Assembly: GCA_022774865.1 (NCBI GenBank)
Contig: JALFLH010000031.1
Span: forward strand, 26,225-90,224
DNA length: 64,000 nucleotides
Direction: 5' to 3'
DNA from: Clostridiales bacterium
GTDB lineage: Bacteria > Bacillota > Clostridia > Oscillospirales > Oscillospiraceae
Part shown: positions 30,147-37,391 of the stretch, in pieces
Numbering within the stretch: the stretch's first letter is position 1
How the letters are laid out: each line of letters opens with the position of its first letter
Made by a program: the position numbers and the translations under genes
The notes under the pieces: generated by a model
The model's database searches: none
Seen by the model: only the letters and a program-made list of their open reading frames with translations
What the model was told of the DNA's origin: nothing

Positions 30147-30286
30147 ATCATCGAAGCTGGGCGGGTGCTGCTCGATGTGTGTTTTCAGGGTGTCAAAGAA
30201 TTGTTTTATAATATCACCGTCCTTTTAAGGTTTGGGTACAGGGAGGATGATTCCAATTAAGATTGCGTGTACAGGATTCTTCCGGT

Positions 30287-31114
30287 TCATTTCTGTTTCA
30301 ACTCCAAGGAGTATCTCAGAACATGACTCAGAAGTTTCCTCGGTGGAACGCCAAACTTTTCTGCCAGTCGGATTAGTTCCTCATCAATCTGATCCAGGTT
30401 ATCTTCCTCACATTGTAAAACAATCTCTTGGTTGGCAGTCCAGCCGACTGTAAGGCCGTCAGGAACCGCACCCAGTTTTTCAAACAGTCGTTGACTTGCC
30501 AAGTTTCGAGGTTCAATTCTGACACAAAAAACATGTACCCCCAAACGCGTCTGGATCTCCTTTAACATTGCAGATACCGCACGGTAACCGATTCCTCTCC
30601 TGGTCCACTCAGGCCGCAATTCGATGCCAATTTCCCATGGCTCCTGCAATAGATTGTTAATCCCACAGTAGCCGATATAGCTTCCGTCAGAATGAATCGA
30701 CAGAGTCAATCGTTTGCTTGCAATATGTTCTTCCCAGAGCATATTGCAGTAAGTCGGTTCCTTCAGCATATGTTTTGTGACCAGATATGCTCTTTTAATC
30801 TCCAGATAGCCTTCACGGTCAGATTCCTGCACCCGTCTCATGGTAATTCTATTCCCAGCAGATATCACATTGCCCGCTCCCCAGAATTTCTGGTTAAGAA
30901 TCTGACAACGCTGTTCCTCGCCGGCAATATCTGCAAGTGCATCTGCATGGGAATCCTCTGTGCAATTTCGTAGGTAATCGGTAAGTTCTTTCTTCTTTTC
31001 CTCGAACGGCTTGCCGTCATTAGCTTCCAATAATTCCAGTACATCCCTAAGAATTGCCTCGCGTATATACTTCTCAGCGTTTTGCGTAACAGTTTTCTTC
31101 TCTGTCTGTTCCAT
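30287..31114 (-). CDS. GNAT-family N-acetyltransferase with an extra N-terminal domain
   Basis: Acetyl-CoA loop RRGIGYRAVSAML and RimJ/L-like core. Start at ATG 31114 after GGAGGAGAAAAGG. Region is visibly more AT-rich than its surroundings. Confidence 0.75.
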   Translation of the reverse strand: MEQTEKKTVTQNAEKYIREAILRDVLELLEANDGKPFEEKKKELTDYLRNCTEDSHADALADIAGEEQRCQILNQKFWGAGNVISAGNRITMRRVQESDREGYLEIKRAYLVTKHMLKEPTYCNMLWEEHIASKRLTLSIHSDGSYIGYCGINNLLQEPWEIGIELRPEWTRRGIGYRAVSAMLKEIQTRLGVHVFCVRIEPRNLASQRLFEKLGAVPDGLTVGWTANQEIVLQCEEDNLDQIDEELIRLAEKFGVPPRKLLSHVLRYSLELKQK

Positions 31115-31396
31115 CCTTTTCTCCTCCGTAATAATCGTTTTCCTACCCTCATTGTAATCCATCCGGCAGCCGATAGCAATACACAAAGAAATAACCCTCT
31201 ACCTCTTGCCCACTCACTGCAACCGTAGAAGGTTATTCCTTTTGGGTGGTGGGTACCATGTCCATCATTGATGCTAGCGGCTTATCCCTCCTTCATTCAG
31301 GGATGGTGCTACATTCGCAGCGCCATCCCTCACCATCCTGTTCTTTTGTTTATAATTCGTTCATTTGACAAACCATCCTCCCATTGATATAATAAA

Positions 31397-31410
31397 CAAA
31401 CATATGTTTC
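31397..31410. promoter_or_regulatory. LexA (Cheo)-box-like palindrome CAAACATATGTTTC upstream of tnpV
   Basis: The 12-bp perfect palindrome AAACATATGTTT matches CGAACATATGTTCG at 11/14 positions. Lies between TTGATA and TATATT promoter-like hexamers. Confidence 0.3.
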
Positions 31411-31468
31411 TATATTATATCAGGTAAGCAAAACATAAAATCAAATTCGCCACAAAGGAGGAATGGCA

Positions 31469-31819
31469 ATGAAACCCAAGCTGACCTATATCCGAAGCGG
31501 AGACTACTGGATACCCGATCTCAAACTGAAAAGCACCGAACAGCATCCCCTGAATAAGTATGGGCGGATGCGCCGGACCTTCCTGCGGGAGCACAGACCC
31601 ATGCAATACAGCCTTTTGACGATGCAGCAGAAGCTGTTTCCCCATTTGTGGGAGGTTCAGGAAGCCGCTGAGCGCCGATTGGAGCAGATCATGGACGGAT
31701 TGTTGAAACAGAATCCGGGTCCGGACAAAGCAGATGACCAGCTTGGATGGGTACAGCATAGGAACTGCCTGAAAGCTCAGGCGGAAGAAATCATCTTTTC
31801 AGAGCTGATTTTTGCATGA
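31469..31819 (+). CDS. tnpV: TnpV-family transposon protein
   Basis: KLTYIRSGDYWIPDL...YGRMRRTFLREHRPMQYSLL...EEIIFSELIF fits the TnpV family pattern (Tn4451-type elements). GGAGG lies 7 nt before ATG 31469; an alternative ATG is at 31463. Confidence 0.8.
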   Translation: MKPKLTYIRSGDYWIPDLKLKSTEQHPLNKYGRMRRTFLREHRPMQYSLLTMQQKLFPHLWEVQEAAERRLEQIMDGLLKQNPGPDKADDQLGWVQHRNCLKAQAEEIIFSELIFA

Positions 31820-33223
31820 AAAAGCGGCGGGGGTGTAGTGAAACGGTGCTGTTGACAAATACCCCGAAAAAGCAGAATAACCTTTGAAAATAGCCCCCAA
31901 ACAATGGAAAAAGACCGCATTTGCGGCCTTTACCAGTCGTATTAAGTTCATAGCGCAGGCAGACAAGAGGCATTGTTCGGTTACTCGTTCAATGCCTCGT
32001 TTGTATGTCCGCCTTAAATTGTGCTCTGCTTTCTGGTGGGAGAAATTGCCCTCGCACCAGATCTTCCGCAGCCTCAGCGCAGCAAAGTATTCCGGCGTAT
32101 TCCGGTTCTTCGCCTGTTCCTGTCTGGCTTCTTCATGCAACAGCCGCTCCACCATGCGGCTGTTTTTGGAGCTGCCTACGCATTGCTGCCGACAGGGACA
32201 GTTGTTGCAGTCTTGCCGTGTTGCCTGATATCGTTTCTTATGCCCGTTCTTGTTGTAGCAGGAGTATGCCAGTGTTTTCCCTTGTGGACAGATATAGGCA
32301 TCTTCTTGCGGATCGTAGATGAATGCTTCCGGCTCGAAGCCTTCCGTGTAGGACGGCGCATTGTTCGGCTTCCTCTTTTTGGGGATATATGTCCGAATCC
32401 CACGCTTTAACATAGCATCGTAGACCTCGCTGTTGTCGTAACCGGCATCCGCGCAGACGGCTTCTGTTTCAAAGCCAAACTTGTCAATCTGTGTTTCCAA
32501 GCGACTGGCATGGGGCGTGCAGTCGTTTACATTCCCCGGCGTAACGAAAACATCCGTGATAATGCCCGATTCGGCATCACTGGTCTGGTGATTCAGATAG
32601 CAGAAAGCATTGGGTTTTCCGGGACGATTCATCAGCCCGGACTCCGGATCGGTGGTGCTTTTAGTAACTGTTTTCGTCTTTTCAGGATAGGTGACAGGTT
32701 CATCCAGCAGCCCTGCTTCCAGAGCTTCTCTGTCCAGCTTCTTCACATACTCAGAAGGCGTATCCGGAACCTCGATGACTTCCCGCTTTTCCTTTGCGGC
32801 ATTTGCCAGAATATGTGTGGAATCCGTCAGCAGAAGCTTTCCGGTTACCAGCCCTGCCGCCATACACTTGCGGACGACCTCGTCAAAAATATCCTGAAAC
32901 AGGGTTGTACCTCCGAATTTTCGGTGGCGAAGCTGGGAAATGGTAGAGTGATCCGGAACAGGCTCGTCAAAGTCAATGCCCAGAAACCAGCGGAACGCGA
33001 TATTGACCCGAACCTCCTGCTCCAGCTTCCGCTCGGATGGAATGCCGTAAAGGTATCCCAGAAGGAGCATTTTCACCAGAAGCACAGGATCGATGGAAGG
33101 CCGGCCGACTCTGGCATACAGCGGTTCAACGATATCGTAGATGAAGCTGAAATCTACACTCCGCTCCAGATCGCGAAGAAAATGCTTTTCCGGCATCAGT
33201 TCCTCCAGCGTCAGAAAAGTCAT
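31799..33223 (-). CDS. IS1182-family DDE transposase
   Basis: N-terminal GRPSIDPVLLVKMLLLGYLYGIPSERKLE, the DDE region (LTDSTH, ADAGYD) and a Cys-rich insert. Start at ATG 33223 (MTFLTLEEL). The ORF runs through the left IR and stops in flanking DNA. Confidence 0.88.
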   Translation of the reverse strand: MTFLTLEELMPEKHFLRDLERSVDFSFIYDIVEPLYARVGRPSIDPVLLVKMLLLGYLYGIPSERKLEQEVRVNIAFRWFLGIDFDEPVPDHSTISQLRHRKFGGTTLFQDIFDEVVRKCMAAGLVTGKLLLTDSTHILANAAKEKREVIEVPDTPSEYVKKLDREALEAGLLDEPVTYPEKTKTVTKSTTDPESGLMNRPGKPNAFCYLNHQTSDAESGIITDVFVTPGNVNDCTPHASRLETQIDKFGFETEAVCADAGYDNSEVYDAMLKRGIRTYIPKKRKPNNAPSYTEGFEPEAFIYDPQEDAYICPQGKTLAYSCYNKNGHKKRYQATRQDCNNCPCRQQCVGSSKNSRMVERLLHEEARQEQAKNRNTPEYFAALRLRKIWCEGNFSHQKAEHNLRRTYKRGIERVTEQCLLSACAMNLIRLVKAANAVFFHCLGAIFKGYSAFSGYLSTAPFHYTPAAFSCKNQL

Positions 33224-33341
33224 TTTCAACTGCTTGCCGCCATCTCGCTTCAGCATACACTTCAACCCCGTTTTTCTTTTATTGTACCATAATTCCGGTG
33301 AAAAATCGAGATTTCAGAGTTTGTCAACAGCACCGAAACAC
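31838..33341 (-). mobile_element. IS1182-family (IS5-like DDE) insertion sequence, about 1.5 kb
   Basis: Perfect 16-bp terminal inverted repeats CGGTGCTGTTGACAAA (31844-31859) and TTTGTCAACAGCACCG (33320-33335) enclose the transposase gene. Confidence 0.8.
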
Positions 33342-33591
33342 GACATCCCCACCTATGAAAGGTGATGAAACAATAACCATCTGATATCATACAGGAACCC
33401 ACAATTTTATATCCCGAATTGAATATTGAACGAGCTTTGAAGCCGCAGCACCCGGCATATCCGGTAAACGAATCCATTGAAATGGGCGAGTAAATTCACA
33501 AAAGCAAGACGATTGTGAGGCTGCGAAATGGAACACCAGAGAATAATCACAGAAGTATTGGAAAATACTGTAAGAAAGGAGATGACCTGAG

Positions 33592-33855
33592 ATGCGGATT
33601 CACATGGACGAAGAAAAGAAGATCGCGGAGATCTGGCTGACCAAAGCGGAAAGCGATGACCCGGCAGTGGATGCCAGATTGAAACCCTTCTACAAGGAAT
33701 GTAAGGATCACAAGTATCTGGCGGTAGTGTACCGCTCCGGCAGGGAAGACCTTCTGGAAACCACCAAAGATCTGCTCCGGCACAACTTGAGCAGCTATGT
33801 GCATCCGCAGCCGGTTAGAAAACCAAGAACAAGAAGTTATGACATGGGGCACTGA
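33592..33855 (+). CDS. small conserved-looking hypothetical protein directly upstream of the recombinase
   Basis: 87 aa, RBS AAAGGAG. Same strand as the recombinase and 88 nt upstream of it. No family recognised. Confidence 0.5.
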   Translation: MRIHMDEEKKIAEIWLTKAESDDPAVDARLKPFYKECKDHKYLAVVYRSGREDLLETTKDLLRHNLSSYVHPQPVRKPRTRSYDMGH

Positions 33856-33879
33856 TGCGCCCCTGTCAGGAAATAACGC

Positions 33880-33908
33880 TTGCATTTTCCGAAATCACGA
33901 TATACAAT
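33880..33908 (+). promoter_or_regulatory. candidate promoter of the recombinase gene
   Basis: TTGCAT (33880-33885), 17 nt, TACAAT (33903-33908). The -10 region TATACAAT also resembles the mother-cell sigma-E -10 element CATACAnT. Confidence 0.5.
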
Positions 33909-33943
33909 GTTATTATATATACACAGCAAGGAAGTGAACAACA

Positions 33944-36100
33944 TTGGAAGTATTTGGTTACACAAGAATCTCCGTTGACCTGGATGAGGACAGCCGGGAG
34001 AATACCAGTATCGAAAACCAGAAGAAAATCATTACGGATTTCGTGGCGTCCACCTTCCCGGATGCCCACCTGACGCTGTTTGAGGACCGGGACCGTTCCG
34101 GCTACACCTTCTCCCAGCGAGAGAGCTACCAGAAAATGCGGGATCGAATGATGTCTGGGGAGTGCACCATTCTGGTGGTCAAGGACTTCTCCCGGTTTTC
34201 CAGAAGAAACAGCTTGGGACTGCTGGAGCTGGAAACCCTGCGGGATGCGGGGATCCGGATTATTTCCATCGGTGACGGCATTGACTATCCCACCAAGGAC
34301 GACTGGATGTTGATTCAGTTCAAGTTTCTGATGAATGAGATGCCGGTTACGGACACCTCCCGAAAGATCAAGCAGATCATCCAGAGCCGCCAGAAGGACG
34401 GCAAATGGGTCTGCGCCGTTCCCTATGGCTACCGGATCATCAACACCAAGGCCATGACCTATGAGATTGACCCGCCCGCCGCGGAGGTGGTGCGGGAAAT
34501 CTTCCGGCTGTACAACAACGGCTGGGGCTACAAGAAGATTGCCAATTACCTGACGGACAACGGCGTTCCCACCCCCCGGGCCAACGAAATTTCCCAGAAG
34601 GAAGCTGCCGGAATCCCCACCAAAATCCGCAGCAGCACCGTTTGGAATACCGCCACGCTCTGCGGCTTGCTGGCAAATGACTTCTACATCGGCACCCTGC
34701 GGCAGAAGAAGTATGTCCGCAAGGGAATCAACGGAAAAGACCAGAAGGTGGGGGACGAGGAGCATATTGTCATCGAAAACGCCCACACCCCCATCATTGA
34801 CCCCCGCACCTTTGCCTATACTCAGGAGCAGATGAAGCTGCGCACCAAAAGCAACTACCGGGGCGAGAAGAAGTATGCTACGGACTACTCCGGCTTCCTG
34901 TTCTGTGGGGACTGCGGAAGTCCCATGTTCTCCCTGTCCCGGCCGGATATCCCTGCCGCCTATACCTGCGGCACTTACCACCGCAGAGGACTGAAGGGCT
35001 GCACCTCCCACCACATCCGGGTGGATACCCTGGACGATCTGCTGAAACGCTATCTCCGGCAGGTTCGGGACAATTCTTCTGCCATGCTGGAGGAGCTGGA
35101 AACCGCCATCCGGGAGCAGCCCCAGCGGGAGGAGGAGATCGGCAAAACCATCGACTCCGTTCAGGTTCAGCTGGTGCAGGCCAAGGAGCAGCTCAAGAAT
35201 ACCCTGAAGCGCAAGCTGTTGGACACCATGGGGAAGGCGCCGGAAACTGCCGCCATCATTGAGGAAACCTACACGGAAATTGAAGACGAGTTGACCCAGC
35301 GGATTGCCGGTCTGGAAAAGCAGATTGATGCCGGGAATACCCTGCGGAACAATATGCTCAAGGTTAACCGGTCTGCGAAAACCGTCATCGATGTGTTTGA
35401 CGACATTCTCAGCAAGCCCACCCTGGACAAACGGGATATTTCCTTCTTGGTAGAGCGCATCAGTGTGTATACCGACCATCTGGATGTGAAGCTGAAGCCG
35501 GACATTGATACCCTGCTGAATCTGACCCCCGATCATGAGGACTCCATAAATTTTTCGACGGACAGTAAGGATATCGCATCCATAACCATCGTCCAGAGGT
35601 CCACGCACCAGAAGGACAAGGTCTTTACTGTCAATGTTGTTAACGAGGGCGACCCGCTGGAAATTTATACGGAAAAGGACGGGGGCGTCATTTTCCGCAA
35701 GTATTCCCCGATGGGGGATTTGCAGGAATTCGCTGCACAGATGTGCGAATCCATCGGCACGGCCACCGGCCGGATTGCCGCGATATCGGATCGGGATACC
35801 ATCATCGCGCTGGCGGGCGCACCCAAGCGGGAGCTGGTGGATAAGCCCAATTCGCAGGCGCTGGACAAGCTGATGGAGCAGCGCAAGAATTACCGCTATC
35901 AGGACGGGGACACGCCCATCCGCGCATCCGACACTACGGAAAAGTATCATCTGGGCGTGGCGGCACCCATTCTCAGTCAGGGTGATCTGATGGGGTGCGT
36001 CATGCTGCTGCTGCAGGAGAATGACAAGCCGCTGGCCGAATCCGACCAGTATCTGGCGCAGACGGCCGCCGGCTTCCTGGGCAGGCAGATGGAGAACTGA
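33944..36100 (+). CDS. large serine recombinase (568 codons) fused in frame, across attR, to the 3' 150 codons of spoVT
   Basis: Resolvase catalytic domain (GYTRISVD, VVKDFSRFSRR), recombinase domain, Cys zinc ribbon (CGDCGSPM...CGTYHRRGLKGC) and a coiled coil. No stop codon before the junction at 35648. TTG start at 33944. Confidence 0.9.
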   Translation: MEVFGYTRISVDLDEDSRENTSIENQKKIITDFVASTFPDAHLTLFEDRDRSGYTFSQRESYQKMRDRMMSGECTILVVKDFSRFSRRNSLGLLELETLRDAGIRIISIGDGIDYPTKDDWMLIQFKFLMNEMPVTDTSRKIKQIIQSRQKDGKWVCAVPYGYRIINTKAMTYEIDPPAAEVVREIFRLYNNGWGYKKIANYLTDNGVPTPRANEISQKEAAGIPTKIRSSTVWNTATLCGLLANDFYIGTLRQKKYVRKGINGKDQKVGDEEHIVIENAHTPIIDPRTFAYTQEQMKLRTKSNYRGEKKYATDYSGFLFCGDCGSPMFSLSRPDIPAAYTCGTYHRRGLKGCTSHHIRVDTLDDLLKRYLRQVRDNSSAMLEELETAIREQPQREEEIGKTIDSVQVQLVQAKEQLKNTLKRKLLDTMGKAPETAAIIEETYTEIEDELTQRIAGLEKQIDAGNTLRNNMLKVNRSAKTVIDVFDDILSKPTLDKRDISFLVERISVYTDHLDVKLKPDIDTLLNLTPDHEDSINFSTDSKDIASITIVQRSTHQKDKVFTVNVVNEGDPLEIYTEKDGGVIFRKYSPMGDLQEFAAQMCESIGTATGRIAAISDRDTIIALAGAPKRELVDKPNSQALDKLMEQRKNYRYQDGDTPIRASDTTEKYHLGVAAPILSQGDLMGCVMLLLQENDKPLAESDQYLAQTAAGFLGRQMEN
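35629..35656 (+). repeat. attR: inverted-repeat arm TGTCAATGTTGTTAACGAG (35629-35647) plus core GGCGACCCG (35648-35656)
   Basis: Exact repeat of the 10901-10909 core. The arm is complementary (16/18) to 10910-10927. Confidence 0.85.
35657..36100 (+). pseudogene. spoVT: spoVT 3' segment (codons 34-180, rest of the AbrB fold plus the GAF-like domain)
   Basis: LEIYTEKDGGVIFRKYSPMGDLQEF...TAAGFLGRQMEN is colinear with SpoVT residues about 34 to the end. No independent start or RBS. Confidence 0.9.
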
Positions 36101-36153
36101 CGTAAGATATGCACGGGAGCGGAACCCCATCCGCACATTTTCGAAAGCTCCTG

Positions 36154-36405
36154 TTATCTGGCGTATTTCTCCCGGTATTCCGTGGGTTCCCGCCCGATGT
36201 ACTATTTGAATACCTGAGAAAAGTGGCTTAACGTAGCGGAAGCAAGATAGGAGCCAATTGTTGTGAATGACTTGTCGCAATAGCGGAGGAGGCGTCCTGC
36301 CTCTTCCGTTTTTCTTTCGGAACAGAACCGTTCATATTTCGCCCGCTTTCTCTTTAAATTTTGCAGACTGTATTTTCCCAATGACTTGCAAATCAGATCC
36401 GGCGT
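36154..36405 (-). pseudogene. AraC-family HTH remnant with an in-frame stop
   Basis: Minus-strand reading gives ...LKRKRAKYERFCSERKTEEAGRLLRYCDKSFTTIGSYLASATLSHFSQVFK*YIGREPTEYREKYAR*. This is the typical AraC C-terminus, interrupted by TAG, with no N-terminal domain. Confidence 0.45.
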
Positions 36406-36414
36406 TGCTATAAT
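36386..36414 (+). promoter_or_regulatory. sigma-A promoter of the aminotransferase operon
   Basis: TTGCAA (36386-36391), 17 nt, TATAAT (36409-36414). Confidence 0.6.
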
Positions 36415-36515
36415 GCAGATACAGGGACACGATGGAGGCGGCGGCCGGTGTGCGGCTGGCTCGTTTTTTGTATACGGCCTGTAAGACTGACAAAACGCGG
36501 AAAGGGGTTATCAGA

Positions 36516-37373
36516 ATGAGAGCACTTGCCTATTACGATGGCAGAATCGGTACGCCGGAGGAACTGACGGTTCCTTTTAATGACCGGGTGCATTTCTTCG
36601 GGGACGGCTGCTATGAAGCCAGCATCGGTGGAAACGGAAAGATCTATCTGCTTCAGGATCATCTGGATCGGTTCTACACCAGCGCGGGTATGTTGGACAT
36701 TCAGATTCCCATGGAAAAACAGGCATTGGGGGAACTGCTGACCCGGCTTCTGGCCAAGGTGGACAGCAGGATCAACTTCGTCTACTGGCAGGTGACCCGG
36801 GGCGTGGAGGAACGCACCCACACCTATTCGGAGAATCTGCCCGGAAAGCTGTGGGTGCTGATCCGGCCGCAGAAGCTCAATGATCCGCAGAAGCCCATCC
36901 GGCTGAACGATGAGGAGGATACCCGGTTCTTCCACTGCAATATCAAAACGCTGAACCTGCTGCCCAGTGTGATGACCGCGCAGCGCGCCAAGCGCGCCGG
37001 TTTTACGGAGACGGTGTTTCACCGGGGTGAAGTGGTGACAGAGTGCTCCCACTCCAATGTGTCCGTTCTGAAGGACGGAATTCTCTATTCCCACCCCAAT
37101 GATGAGCTGATTCTGCGGGGAATTGCCAAAACCCACATGATTCAGGCCTGTTATCGGCTGGGAATCCCGGTGCTGGAAAAAGCATTCACGCTGGATTTCC
37201 TGAAAAACGCGGATGAGATTATCGTAACTTCTTCCTCCAATTTCTGCCTGAACGCCTGCGAATTCAACGGAATGCCGGTGGGTGGCGGAGATCCCGAGAC
37301 GCTGGGGCGAATCCGGCGCGCGGTGCTGGAGGAATTCTATTGCTACACCGGCTGTACCAGTCTCTGGGATTGA
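36516..37373 (+). CDS. class IV aminotransferase (D-amino-acid / branched-chain type)
   Basis: FNDRVHFFGDGCYE, catalytic Lys region (FFHCNIKTLNLLPSV) and the HSNVSVLKDG motif. Start at ATG 36516. Confidence 0.8.
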   Translation: MRALAYYDGRIGTPEELTVPFNDRVHFFGDGCYEASIGGNGKIYLLQDHLDRFYTSAGMLDIQIPMEKQALGELLTRLLAKVDSRINFVYWQVTRGVEERTHTYSENLPGKLWVLIRPQKLNDPQKPIRLNDEEDTRFFHCNIKTLNLLPSVMTAQRAKRAGFTETVFHRGEVVTECSHSNVSVLKDGILYSHPNDELILRGIAKTHMIQACYRLGIPVLEKAFTLDFLKNADEIIVTSSSNFCLNACEFNGMPVGGGDPETLGRIRRAVLEEFYCYTGCTSLWD

Positions 37374-37391
37374 CGAAAGGAGTGCGATGCC

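Larger units (their letters stand above)
10910..35656 (+). mobile_element. 24,747-bp integrated element interrupting spoVT (serine-recombinase intervening element)
   Basis: Bounded by the direct repeat GGCGACCCG and terminal inverted repeats. Large serine recombinase at the right end. Removing it restores an in-frame 180-aa spoVT. The interior is mosaic (IS200, IS1182-like IS, tnpV, gene fragments, metabolic operon). Confidence 0.88.

Noticed and set aside
33866-36280. An 804-aa minus-strand ORF opposite the recombinase. Similar long ORFs lie at 36408-38630(-), 5471-8014(+), 45132-46676(+), 46957-48792(+), 52132-53793(+), 55887-57899(+), 57954-59423(+), 26469-28226(-), 797-2074(+) and elsewhere.
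   Set aside because: - They are antisense shadows typical of high-GC coding DNA.
- They are low-complexity (rich in G, A, R, H, Q) and lack recognisable domains or an RBS.
- The opposite strand carries clearly identifiable proteins in each case.
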